A stretch of DNA of 32,000 nucleotides from Propionibacterium ruminifibrarum (lineage in GTDB: Bacteria; Actinomycetota; Actinomycetes; Propionibacteriales; Propionibacteriaceae): contig NZ_OMOH01000006.1 of NCBI RefSeq assembly GCF_900289195.1, forward strand, positions 116,308 through 148,307, read 5' to 3'. This document shows positions 1 to 7,919 of this stretch, piece by piece. How positions within the stretch are numbered: position 1 is the stretch's first letter; every line of letters begins with the position of its first letter. The notes beneath the pieces were generated by a model. That model had not been told where the DNA came from, did not search any database, and worked only from the letters and a program-made list of their open reading frames with translations. A program made the translations under genes and the position numbers.

Positions 1-189
1 CATCCGCAGGGAGGCGAGCATCCGCCACCACGGGGAGCTGCGCGGCAGATAGGCCGGGCTCAACGCGCCGATGGCGATGAGTGCGGTGCCGCAGAAGCCC
101 CGCCGGACGACGCCCACCCGGGCCGCCGTCACGAGATCGGTCCCGAGACGTCGCAAGACGCCGAACGCACCCAGGGCCACCGAAGACAT
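1..189 (-). CDS. Truncated 5' end (63 codons) of an integral membrane protein; function not assignable
   Basis: Minus-strand ATG at 189..187 opens a frame that runs to position 1: MSSVALGAFGVLRRLGTDLVTAARVGVVRRGFCGTALIAIGALSPAYLPRSSPWWRMLASLRM. Third codon positions are almost all G/C, and there is a hydrophobic segment. It is absent from the ORF track because it runs off the window. Confidence 0.4.
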   Translation of the reverse strand, partial: MSSVALGAFGVLRRLGTDLVTAARVGVVRRGFCGTALIAIGALSPAYLPRSSPWWRMLASLRM

Positions 190-341
190 GCTCACAGCGT
201 AGCGGCCGGTGCCCCTGGAACCTGGGAACAGCGCTTGCGACGCGGCTACCGTGAGGAGTGATGCGGCGGGACCGCTGATATGGGGAGTCGTGGCCGGTGG
301 GGCCAGGAACAGTGACGTGTCCCGTCGGCGAGGATCAGATT

Positions 342-2252
342 GTGAGCACCGACCAGACCAGCGCTCAGACCCGGCAGGTCGATCGGGTCGTCATCCGGTT
401 CGCGGGCGACTCGGGCACCGGCATGCAACTGGCAGGTGGCCGTTTCGGCTCGGAGTCGGCGGGTTTCGGCAACGACACCACCACCTTCCCGAGCTACCCG
501 GCCGAGATCAGGGCGCCGCAGGGCACGATCGCCGGTGTCAGCAGCTTCCAGGTCCAGTTCGCGAGCCACGAGGTCACCACTGTCGGCGAGCGTCTCGACG
601 TACTCGTCGCCATGGGCCCGGCCCCGCTGAGGGCACATGCCGGTGACGTGCGGCGCGGCGGCCTCATCATCGTCGACGACCACGGTTTCACCCCGCGCGC
701 CCTCAAGAGGGCCGGCTACGAGCACAACCCGCTCGAGGACGACTCGCTGGGGGCCTACCAGGTCGTCCACCTGGACATGACCGCGCTGACCAGCACCGTC
801 GTCGAGGCCCTCGGTCTGGGCCGCAAACAGGCCGAACGCTGCCGCAACATGTTCGCGCTGGGACTGGTCAGCTGGCTGTACTCCCACCCCATCGAGGAGA
901 CCATCGACTGGATCGACCGCAGATTCGCGTCCCAACCGGACGTCCGCGACGCCAACATCGCCGCCCTCAAGGCGGGCGTGAACTACGGCGAGACCGCCGA
1001 GCTGTTCACCGTGCGCTACGAGGTACGCCCCGCACCGATGCCGAAGGGCCGCTACCGGCAGATCACGGGCAACACCGCCACCGCGTACGGTCTCATGGTC
1101 GGCGCCCACCGCGCCGGACTGCAGCTGTTCGTCGGCTCCTACCCCATCACCCCGGCGTCCGATCTGCTGCACGAGCTGAGCAGGAGAGCCGGTTACGGGG
1201 TCATCACATTCCAGGCCGAGGACGAGATCGCCGGCATCGGCGCGGCCCTCGGCGCGAGCTTCGGCGGCTCGCTGGGCGTCACCACCACCTCGGGTCCCGG
1301 CTTCGCGCTGAAGCAGGAGATGATCAATCTCGCCGTCATGAGTGAACTGCCGCTGGTCATCGTCGACGTGCAGCGAGCGGGCCCGTCGACCGGGATGCCC
1401 ACCAAACCCGAGCAGGGTGATCTCCTGCAGGCCCTGTGGGGCCGTAACGGCGAGTCACCGCTGCCCGTCCTGGCCCCCACCTCCCCCGCCGACTGCTTCG
1501 ACACCGCCGTGCGGGCCTGCCGGACGGCCATCGAGTACCGCACGCCGGTCGTCATGCTCACCGACGCCTTCCTGGGCAACGGCGCAGAACCGTGGCGTCT
1601 TCCCGACCTGGCGGCGATCGCCCCGATCGACCCGAAGCTGGCCGCAGGCCCCATCGGCGTCGACGAGCAGGGCAATCCCGTCCACCTGCCGTACCGGCGG
1701 GATCCCCGGACGCTGGCCCGCGACTGGGCGGTGCCCGGCACGCCGGGCGCCGAACACCGGCTCGGCGGGCTGGAGAAGTCGGTCGAGGCCGGCACCGTCA
1801 CCTACTCCCCGCTCAATCACGAGGAGATGGTGCTGACCAGGGCCAGGCGCATCGCCGGCATCCCGGTGCCCGACGTCGAGGTGGACGACCCGAGCGGGCG
1901 GGCCGATGTCCTCGTCGTGGGGTGGGGTTCCGCGTGCGGTCCGGTCTCGGCGGCGGTCCAGCGCCTGCGCGGGACGGGAGCCCGCATCGCCCAGGCGCCG
2001 GTGCGGACCCTGAACCCCCTGCCCGCCAACCTCGGGCGGGTGCTGCGCGGCTACGCGCGGGTCATCGTTCCCGAGATGAACCTCGGCCAGTTCGCGACGC
2101 TCCTGCGCGCCCGCTACCTGGTCGATGTCCGGGGTTACAACAAGGTGCGCGGTTTCCCGCTCAACGTGGACGAGCTGACCGCCCACCTGGCCGGGCAACT
2201 CGACGAGGTGTCCGACAGCAGGACCGCACAGACCACGGAGGAATCCCGATGA
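342..2252 (+). CDS. korA: 2-oxoglutarate:ferredoxin oxidoreductase, alpha subunit (KorA)
   Basis: ORF 297..2252. The N-terminus RFAGDSGTGMQLAGG...FPSYPAEIRAPQGTIAGVSSFQVQF is typical of actinobacterial KorA. The GTG at 342 lies 8 nt downstream of GAGGA, so it is preferred over the track start at 297. The stop overlaps the korB ATG (ATGA). Confidence 0.9.
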   Translation: MSTDQTSAQTRQVDRVVIRFAGDSGTGMQLAGGRFGSESAGFGNDTTTFPSYPAEIRAPQGTIAGVSSFQVQFASHEVTTVGERLDVLVAMGPAPLRAHAGDVRRGGLIIVDDHGFTPRALKRAGYEHNPLEDDSLGAYQVVHLDMTALTSTVVEALGLGRKQAERCRNMFALGLVSWLYSHPIEETIDWIDRRFASQPDVRDANIAALKAGVNYGETAELFTVRYEVRPAPMPKGRYRQITGNTATAYGLMVGAHRAGLQLFVGSYPITPASDLLHELSRRAGYGVITFQAEDEIAGIGAALGASFGGSLGVTTTSGPGFALKQEMINLAVMSELPLVIVDVQRAGPSTGMPTKPEQGDLLQALWGRNGESPLPVLAPTSPADCFDTAVRACRTAIEYRTPVVMLTDAFLGNGAEPWRLPDLAAIAPIDPKLAAGPIGVDEQGNPVHLPYRRDPRTLARDWAVPGTPGAEHRLGGLEKSVEAGTVTYSPLNHEEMVLTRARRIAGIPVPDVEVDDPSGRADVLVVGWGSACGPVSAAVQRLRGTGARIAQAPVRTLNPLPANLGRVLRGYARVIVPEMNLGQFATLLRARYLVDVRGYNKVRGFPLNVDELTAHLAGQLDEVSDSRTAQTTEESR

Positions 2253-3331
2253 GCACCGAGGCGCAGGACCGCACCGGCGGCCGCAACGGACTGGCGGGGG
2301 TCCCCCTGGCACAGATCCCGACCACGCGCAAGGATTTCGTCTCCGACCAGGAGGTCCGCTGGTGTCCCGGGTGCGGTGACTACGCGATCCTGTCGGCCCT
2401 GCAGTCCGTGCTCCCCCGGCTGGGGATCAGGCGGGAGAACACGGTCGTGATCTCGGGCATCGGATGCTCGAGCCGGCTGCCCTACTACGTGAACAGCTAC
2501 GGCATGCACTCGGTTCACGGCCGCGCCCTGACCCTGGCGACGGGCCTGGCCATGACGCGTGACGACCTGGCCGTCTTCGTGGTGACCGGTGACGGCGATG
2601 CCCTGTCGATCGGTGCGAACCATCTGGTGCATGCCCTGCGACGCAATGTCAACTTGACGATCCTGCTCTTCAACAACCGCATCTACGGCCTGACGAAGGG
2701 CCAGTACTCCCCCACCTCACCGGCCGGCGCCGTGACGAAGTCGAGCCCTGCGGGGGCGTTCGACACCCCGCTCAACCCGATGAGCCTGGCCCTCGGCGCC
2801 GAGGCGACCTTCGTGGCGCGGACCCTGGACGCCGACCAGGAGGCCCTGGAGGAGACGATCGATGCGGCGGCGAGGCACCGGGGCGCCTCCTTCGTGGAGA
2901 TCTACCAGAACTGCGTGGTCTTCAACGACGGTGCCTACGAGGCGCTGCGCGGCCCCGGCCGGGAGGAGTCGATCATCCGGCTGCGGGCCGGCGAGCCGAT
3001 CGTCTTCGGCCGTGACGGCCACCTGGGCGTGGTGGCCGATCCCGGCGGCGGGGTCCGCGTCGTGGAGGTCGCCGAGGTCGGGCTCGAGAGCGTGCTGGTT
3101 CACGACCCGACCATCGACGATCCGAGCCGCGCCTTCGCCTTGAGCCGGCTCACCTCGACCGGCGCCATGGCGCAGGCGCCGATGGGCGTCTTCCGCGACG
3201 TGGACCGCCCCGTCTACGACGACCTGGTGCGCGACCACGTCCGCCGGGAGCAGGAGGCCCTGGGCCAGGACCCCAGCTCGGACGCGGCGCTGGCCGCCCT
3301 CATCGCCGGCACCGACACCTGGCAGACCTGA
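2249..3331 (+). CDS. korB: 2-oxoglutarate:ferredoxin oxidoreductase, beta subunit (KorB), TPP-binding
   Basis: Track ORF 1592..3331 is over-extended. The real start is the ATG at 2249, which overlaps the korA TGA. Motifs: CPGCGDYAIL and the TPP motif GDGDALSIGANHL...LLFNNRIYGLTKGQ. Confidence 0.9.
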   Translation: MSTEAQDRTGGRNGLAGVPLAQIPTTRKDFVSDQEVRWCPGCGDYAILSALQSVLPRLGIRRENTVVISGIGCSSRLPYYVNSYGMHSVHGRALTLATGLAMTRDDLAVFVVTGDGDALSIGANHLVHALRRNVNLTILLFNNRIYGLTKGQYSPTSPAGAVTKSSPAGAFDTPLNPMSLALGAEATFVARTLDADQEALEETIDAAARHRGASFVEIYQNCVVFNDGAYEALRGPGREESIIRLRAGEPIVFGRDGHLGVVADPGGGVRVVEVAEVGLESVLVHDPTIDDPSRAFALSRLTSTGAMAQAPMGVFRDVDRPVYDDLVRDHVRREQEALGQDPSSDAALAALIAGTDTWQT

Positions 3332-3338
3332 GGTCCGG

Positions 3339-3367
3339 CGGCACCGCCACGGCCGGGAGCGGTGCCG
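3339..3367 (+). terminator. Putative hairpin terminator after korB (no U-tract)
   Basis: GGCACCGC (3340-3347) pairs with GCGGTGCC (3359-3366) across an 11-nt loop, extended by a C3339-G3367 pair. It starts 8 nt after the korB stop. Confidence 0.35.
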
Positions 3368-3440
3368 TGCGCCGGCGGGCCGAGGCCGCCGCGACGTGGT
3401 GCGGCGCGCCCGGCGCACCGGCCGGGTAACCTTGCTGTCC

Positions 3441-5396
3441 GTGACCGAACCGGCATTTCATTTCGAGGACTTCGATCTCGGCGTGCCAGCCACGCAGGAC
3501 CTGTTCCGCCATGTCAACGGGACATGGCTGAGCACCGCGGAGATTCCCGCGGATCGCGGTTCCTGGGGCGCCTTCGACAAGCTCCGTGAGGACTCCGAAC
3601 GGGCCGTCCGCGAGATCATCGAGGCCCAGTCGCTCGACGCGGACCCCGCCTCCGACGAGGCGAGAATCGCCGGTCTGTACGCCTCGTTCATGGCCGAGGA
3701 CGCCGTCGAGGCGGCCGGCATGGCCCCCCTGACGCCGATCCTCGAACGCATCGACGCCATCGGCAGCATCGAGGACCTGGCCCGGTTCTGGGGCTGGAGC
3801 GCCCGCCACGGCATCGACGTGCCGCTCGACATGGACAACGACTCCGACCCCGGAGACCCGGACCGCTATCTCATGTTCGTCGGCCAGTCGGGCATCGGAC
3901 TGCCCGACGAGGAGTACTACCGGCTCGACGAGCATGCCGCGCTCCGCGAGGCGTACCGGGCCCACATCGCGAGGAGCCTCGAGCTGGCCGGCGTGCCCCA
4001 TGCCGCCGAGCAGGCCGAGGCCGCCTACGGGCTGGAACGCGACATCGCGGCCTGCCACTGGGACAAGGTCCGCACCCGCGACATGGTCGAGATGTACCAC
4101 CTGCAGACCTGGGAGCAGTTCTGCGCCGAGAGCCCGGCCCTGTGCTGGGACGCCTTCCTCGACGGCGCGCAGCTGCCCGCCGCGGCGGTCGCCGAGGTCG
4201 TCAACTGCAACCGCACCGTCCCGGCCGCCATCGCCGAACTGGTCCGGCCCGACAGGCTCGACGACTGGCGCAGCTGGGCGCGCTGGCAGGTCGTCAACGC
4301 CCTCACCCCGTACCTGACGCGCGAACTGGTGACTGCCGGTTTCGAGTTCTACTCCAAGACCCTGCACGGGATACCAACCCAGCGGCCGCGCTGGAAGCGG
4401 GGCGTCGCACTGACCGAGGGAGTTCTCGGCGAGGCGATCGGCCGGCTCTACGTCGCGCGGTACTTCCCGCCCGAGACGAAGGCGGCCGCCGACCGGCTCG
4501 TCGCCAATCTTCTTCAGGCCTACCGGGACTCGATCAGCGGGCTCGACTGGATGACCGATACGACCCGCGCCGAGGCCCTCGACAAGCTGGACAAGTTCCG
4601 CACCAAGATCGGCTACCCGTCCCGCTGGCGCGACTACTCGGCCCTCGAGATCCGCACCGACGACCTGGTCGGCAACGTGCTGCGCGCCGAGTCCTTCGAG
4701 TTCGACCACACCATCGACCAGCTCTCCGGCCCGGTCGACCGCGAGGAGTGGTTCATGTACCCGCAGACGGTGAACGCCTACTACCACCCGCTGCGCAACG
4801 AGATCGTCTTCCCGGCCGCCATCCTGCAGCCCCCGTTCTTCAACCCGGCGGCCGACGACGCCGTGAACTACGGCGGGATCGGCGCGGTGATCGGCCATGA
4901 GATCGGCCACGGCTTCGACGACCAGGGGGCCACGTGTGACGGCGACGGCCGCCTGCGCAACTGGTGGACCGATGAGGACCGCGCCGCGTTCAAGGACCGC
5001 ACCGGCGCGCTCGTCGCGCAGTACGACGCGCTGTCGCCCACCGGCATCGACGACGCCCACGTCAACGGCGAGCTGACGATCGGCGAGAACATCGGCGATC
5101 TGGGTGGCCTGTCCATCGCCTACCGGGCCTGGCGGATCTCCACCGGCGGCACCGAGCCCGAACCGATCGACGATCTCACTGGCGCCCAGCGCCTCTTCCT
5201 CGGCTGGGCCCAGGTCTGGCAGGACCTCTCGCGCCCCGAGCAGCTCCGTCAGCGCCTGGCGACCGACCCGCACGCCCCCGACGAGATCCGCTGCAACCAG
5301 GTGGCGAGGAACGTCGACGCCTTCCACGAGGCCTTCGGCACCGAGCCGGGCGACGGCATGTGGCTCGACCCCGCTGAGCGCGTGCACATCTGGTGA
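3441..5396 (+). CDS. pepO: M13-family zinc metalloendopeptidase (PepO / Zmp1-like)
   Basis: HEXXH motif VIGHEIGHGFD (HEIGH codons 4896-4910), the downstream GENIGD glutamate (5085-5087), NAYY, and an N-terminal DLFRHVNGTWL...IPADRGSWG block. The start is uncertain: GTG at 3441 (VTEPAF...) or the track start GTG at 3396. No obvious signal peptide. Confidence 0.85.
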   Translation: MTEPAFHFEDFDLGVPATQDLFRHVNGTWLSTAEIPADRGSWGAFDKLREDSERAVREIIEAQSLDADPASDEARIAGLYASFMAEDAVEAAGMAPLTPILERIDAIGSIEDLARFWGWSARHGIDVPLDMDNDSDPGDPDRYLMFVGQSGIGLPDEEYYRLDEHAALREAYRAHIARSLELAGVPHAAEQAEAAYGLERDIAACHWDKVRTRDMVEMYHLQTWEQFCAESPALCWDAFLDGAQLPAAAVAEVVNCNRTVPAAIAELVRPDRLDDWRSWARWQVVNALTPYLTRELVTAGFEFYSKTLHGIPTQRPRWKRGVALTEGVLGEAIGRLYVARYFPPETKAAADRLVANLLQAYRDSISGLDWMTDTTRAEALDKLDKFRTKIGYPSRWRDYSALEIRTDDLVGNVLRAESFEFDHTIDQLSGPVDREEWFMYPQTVNAYYHPLRNEIVFPAAILQPPFFNPAADDAVNYGGIGAVIGHEIGHGFDDQGATCDGDGRLRNWWTDEDRAAFKDRTGALVAQYDALSPTGIDDAHVNGELTIGENIGDLGGLSIAYRAWRISTGGTEPEPIDDLTGAQRLFLGWAQVWQDLSRPEQLRQRLATDPHAPDEIRCNQVARNVDAFHEAFGTEPGDGMWLDPAERVHIW

Positions 5397-5487
5397 CACC
5401 GGCCGATCGGGCGCCGGCAGCCCCGCTGTCCGTACCGGTCGGTGGCGATGACGATTCTGGACATCCCTGGATCGTGTCGTCATGTCA

Positions 5488-5496
5488 TGTCATACT
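5488..5496 (+). promoter_or_regulatory. Putative extended -10 promoter element (TGtCATACT) for DUF805 paralog 1
   Basis: TG-N-CATACT followed by GCGG, 36 nt upstream of the ATG at 5533. The same element sits at the same spacing before paralogs 2 and 3. The SD CAGGAG is at 5521-5526. Confidence 0.4.
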
Positions 5497-5532
5497 GCGG
5501 AGTCAGCCCCGAAAAACGTTCAGGAGTGATCC

Positions 5533-6327
5533 ATGACCTTCACCGAAGCAGTGAAGACCTGCTACACGAAGAAATACGCGGAATTCAACGGACGCGCCAG
5601 CCGCAGCGAGTTCTGGTGGTTCTTCGCCTTTTACGCCCTCGTCAACGTCGTCGGCTACATGATCTTCGCGATCGCCACCGCGGTCGCCGCCGCGAACGAC
5701 CCGTATGCCGACGCCCCAGTCCTCGCCGTGATCGTGATGATCGCCCTGGTGCTCTTCGACCTGGCCACCATCGTCCCGTACATCGCCGTGGCGGTCCGCA
5801 GGCTGCACGACACCGGCAAGGCGGGCACCTTCTACCTGCTCGTCCTCGTCCCCTGGGTCGGCGGACTCATCGTGCTCATCCTCTGCGCGCTGGAGCCCAA
5901 CCGCGGCCCGAACATGTATGGACCCGACCCGCTCGACCCGAGCGGCCAGTCCCTCGGCCTGACGAACCCCTACGCCCAGCCCTACGGCCAGCCGGCCGGC
6001 CAGCCCTACGCCGGCCCGACGGCGGGCCAGCCCTACGGCTCGGCCCAGCCCTACTCCGGACCGACGGCCAATCCGTACACTGCCGGCACCGGCCAGCCCC
6101 AGCCCTACGGCACCACCGCGCCGACCGGCCAGCCCGCCGCCTCGCCGTACAGCCAGCCCTCGGCTCCCCAGCAGCCCTCTGATACCCCGTTCGCGACACC
6201 GACCGGCCAGCCCCCGGCCGCCGGAAGCCAGCCCTCGGCACCCCAGCCGACTCAGGACAACGGCCAGCAGCCCTACGGCTTCGACTTCAGCAAGCCCGAG
6301 GGCTACGGCTCCGGAAACAACAACTGA
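5533..6327 (+). CDS. DUF805-family inner membrane protein (YhaH/YhaI-like), paralog 1, with a long P/Q/G/Y-rich C-terminal tail
   Basis: Family hallmarks match remembered E. coli YhaH: F.GRASRSEFWWF, RRLHDTGKAG and GPNMYGPDP. There are hydrophobic TM segments. The tail runs from about aa 121 to 264. Confidence 0.85.
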   Translation: MTFTEAVKTCYTKKYAEFNGRASRSEFWWFFAFYALVNVVGYMIFAIATAVAAANDPYADAPVLAVIVMIALVLFDLATIVPYIAVAVRRLHDTGKAGTFYLLVLVPWVGGLIVLILCALEPNRGPNMYGPDPLDPSGQSLGLTNPYAQPYGQPAGQPYAGPTAGQPYGSAQPYSGPTANPYTAGTGQPQPYGTTAPTGQPAASPYSQPSAPQQPSDTPFATPTGQPPAAGSQPSAPQPTQDNGQQPYGFDFSKPEGYGSGNNN

Positions 6328-6342
6328 CACACCGATTCTCTC

Positions 6343-6363
6343 GGTGCGGGCGCAGCCCGCACC
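6343..6363 (+). terminator. Putative hairpin terminator after DUF805 paralog 1
   Basis: Perfect 9-bp stem GGTGCGGGC / GCCCGCACC with a 3-nt loop (gca), 16 nt after the stop. Confidence 0.45.
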
Positions 6364-6497
6364 ACGGCTCGTCGCGGGTGGTCCCGGCGCTCTGTGTGCC
6401 GGGCCACCCGCGATCGCCGCGCCGAGGCGGGGCCGACGTCGACCCGGCATCCGCAGGACCGCGCACGTGCCTGTCGTGCCATTGGGCCGTGGCGCCA

Positions 6498-6506
6498 TGC
6501 CATACT
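6498..6506 (+). promoter_or_regulatory. Putative extended -10 promoter element (TGcCATACT) for DUF805 paralog 2
   Basis: Same TG-N-CATACTGCGG block as at 5488, 37 nt upstream of the ATG at 6544. The SD CAGGAG is at 6534-6539. Confidence 0.4.
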
Positions 6507-6543
6507 GCGGGGAGAACCCCCTCGGAAAGCATTCAGGAGCATC

Positions 6544-7215
6544 ATGACCTTCACTGAGGCAGTGAAGACCTGCTACACGAAGAAATACGCCGACTTCAGC
6601 GGACGCGCCAGCCGCAGCGAGTTCTGGTGGTTCTTCGCCTTCAATCTCGGCGTCCCCTTCATGCTCGTCATGTTGGGCGCCAGCGCCGCCCTGATCGTCC
6701 CCACCACTGACTCTTATGCCACCCCGGCCTACAGCATCCTCCTCTATGGACTCGTGTGGGCCTTCAATCTGGCCAGCATCGTCCCGTTCATCGCCGTGGG
6801 TGTCCGCAGGCTGCACGACACCGGCAAGTCGGGCGCCTTCTACCTGCTCGTCCTCGTCCCCTGGGTCGGCGGACTCATCGTGCTCATCCTCTGGGCGCTG
6901 GAACCCGACCGCGGCCCGAACATGTACGGACCCGACCCGCTCGACCCGAGCGGCCAGTCCCTCACCCTGACGAACCCCTACGCCTACCCGGCCCAGCCCT
7001 ACAGCTACGGCTACGGGTATCCGACCCAGCCCTATGGCTATGGCTACCCGGCCCAGCCCTACGGCTACGGCTATCCGGCCCAACCGGGTACGCCCCAGGC
7101 ACACGGCGGCCCCGCCGCCCCGCCGTACGGCCGGCCCTCGACCCCGCGGGATTACGGCCAGCAGCCCTACGGCTTCGACCTCGGCAGGTCCGAGGGCTAC
7201 GGCTCCGGCAACTGA
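6544..7215 (+). CDS. DUF805-family inner membrane protein, paralog 2, with a YGYGYP(A/T)QP-repeat tail
   Basis: Track ORF 6394..7215 is over-extended. The ATG at 6544 reproduces the paralog-1 N-terminus (MTFTEAVKTCYTKKYADFSGRASRSEFWWF). Also has RRLHDTGKSG and GPNMYGPDP. Confidence 0.85.
   Translation: MTFTEAVKTCYTKKYADFSGRASRSEFWWFFAFNLGVPFMLVMLGASAALIVPTTDSYATPAYSILLYGLVWAFNLASIVPFIAVGVRRLHDTGKSGAFYLLVLVPWVGGLIVLILWALEPDRGPNMYGPDPLDPSGQSLTLTNPYAYPAQPYSYGYGYPTQPYGYGYPAQPYGYGYPAQPGTPQAHGGPAAPPYGRPSTPRDYGQQPYGFDLGRSEGYGSGN
6985..7089 (+). repeat. In-frame ~27-bp tandem repeat (about 3.5 copies) encoding YP(A/T)QPYGYG
   Basis: Protein reads YPAQPYSYGYG-YPTQPYGYG-YPAQPYGYG-YPAQPG. The DNA unit tacccggcccagccctacggctacggc recurs with synonymous and near-synonymous changes. 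Confidence 0.8.
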
Positions 7216-7310
7216 CCCCGACCCACCGATCGTCATGGCGTGGGGCACCCCCGCACCACGGCCCGACGCACGGCTCGCGCCCGATCGTGCCACTCACGTC
7301 ACGTCGACTC

Positions 7311-7341
7311 TTGACGCTTCTCGGGTGACTCGTGCAATACT
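7311..7341 (+). promoter_or_regulatory. Putative promoter for DUF805 paralog 3 (-35 TTGACG, extended -10 TGcAATACT)
   Basis: TTGACG at 7311-7316, a 19-nt spacer, then AATACT at 7336-7341 preceded by TGc. It lies 36 nt upstream of the ATG at 7378, and the SD is CAGGAG. Confidence 0.45.
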
Positions 7342-7377
7342 GCCGCGTCCGTCTATCCCCAATCACAGGAGTCCCCC

Positions 7378-7827
7378 ATGGGTTTCGGCCAGTCCATCAA
7401 GACTGTCTACTCGAAGTACGCCACCTTCAGCGGCCGGGCGAGCCGCAGTGAGTTCTGGTGGTTCATTCTGTTCAGCTTCCTCGTGAACCTCGTCTTCTCG
7501 GTGCTCAACACGATCGCGCACACCGCCGGCATCGTGGACCCGGAGACGACAACTCCGGCGCTCTTCATCCTCGCCCTGTTCAATCTCGGCACCTTCATTC
7601 CGCTGTTGGCGCTCTACGCCCGACGCCTGCACGACACCGGACGCAGCGCGGCCCTCCTGCTTCTTCTCCTGCTCGCCGGCATCGGCTCGCTCATCCTGCT
7701 CATCCTGTGCGCCCTCGCCGGCCAGCCGGGCCCCAACCAGTACGGCGATGATCCCCTCGGTCGCGCGGGGAGCGGTTACCCGGCCCAGTCGGTTCCCTAC
7801 GGCGGGTCCCCGTACGGCGGCCAGTGA
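7378..7827 (+). CDS. DUF805-family inner membrane protein, paralog 3 (short tail)
   Basis: F.GRASRSEFWWF, RRLHDTGRSA and GPNQYGDDP. It is more diverged than paralogs 1 and 2. Confidence 0.85.
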   Translation: MGFGQSIKTVYSKYATFSGRASRSEFWWFILFSFLVNLVFSVLNTIAHTAGIVDPETTTPALFILALFNLGTFIPLLALYARRLHDTGRSAALLLLLLLAGIGSLILLILCALAGQPGPNQYGDDPLGRAGSGYPAQSVPYGGSPYGGQ

Positions 7828-7863
7828 GACGGTCACGCGACGACGTTCCGCGTGTGAACGAAA

Positions 7864-7895
7864 CAGTGCCCCCGGCCGGATGGCCGGGGGCACTG
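7864..7895. terminator. Bidirectional hairpin terminator between convergent genes
   Basis: Perfect 14-bp stem CAGTGCCCCCGGCC / GGCCGGGGGCACTG with loop ggat. It sits between the DUF805-3 stop (7827) and the MFS stop (7920). A smaller hairpin, CACGCG/CGCGTG, is at 7834-7854. Confidence 0.6.
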
Positions 7896-7919
7896 GTGTG
7901 CGAGAGGAGGAGAAGAGTC

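Larger units (their letters stand above)
5488..7270 (+). repeat. Tandem segmental duplication (about 1 kb unit) carrying promoter, DUF805 gene and downstream hairpin
   Basis: The start-to-start distance from 5533 to 6544 is 1011 bp. The 5' UTRs, the first ~98 nt of coding sequence, the ~216 nt core, the C-terminal end and the post-stop sequence (caccgat...cccgcaccacggc) are all recognisably homologous between the two units. Confidence 0.8.

Noticed and set aside
1592-2248. 5' extensions of real genes in the ORF track: korB from 1592, DUF805-2 from 6394, TK-C to 10681, nuoI to 21289, nuoC to 29582
   Set aside because: The extensions overlap the upstream gene in another frame and are Arg/Pro-rich nonsense. 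The internal starts have SD sequences and/or ATGA stop-start overlaps and reproduce family-typical N-termini.
3300-5483. 727-aa minus-strand ORF, the longest in this region
   Set aside because: It is exactly antisense to the M13 peptidase, whose HEXXH and GENIGD motifs are unambiguous. Its Arg/Gly/Ala/Val/Asp-rich composition with no recognisable motif marks it as a typical high-GC shadow ORF.
6985-7089. Regularly spaced ~27-bp repeats, checked as a possible CRISPR array
   Set aside because: The repeats are directly abutting with no spacers, lie in frame inside a coding sequence, and encode a peptide repeat. There are no cas genes. It is not a CRISPR array.
5503-7293. 596-aa minus-strand ORF with an internally repeated sequence, superficially like a large repeat protein
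   Set aside because: It is antisense to DUF805 paralogs 1 and 2 and crosses their intergenic promoter and terminator. Its internal repeat is only the mirror image of the tandem duplication. It has no SD and no motifs.
5488-7827. DUF805 array as a possible mobile or horizontally acquired island
   Set aside because: There are no flanking inverted or direct repeats, no transposase, integrase or tRNA anchor, and the codon and GC style is the same as neighbouring core genes. Local tandem duplication explains it better.
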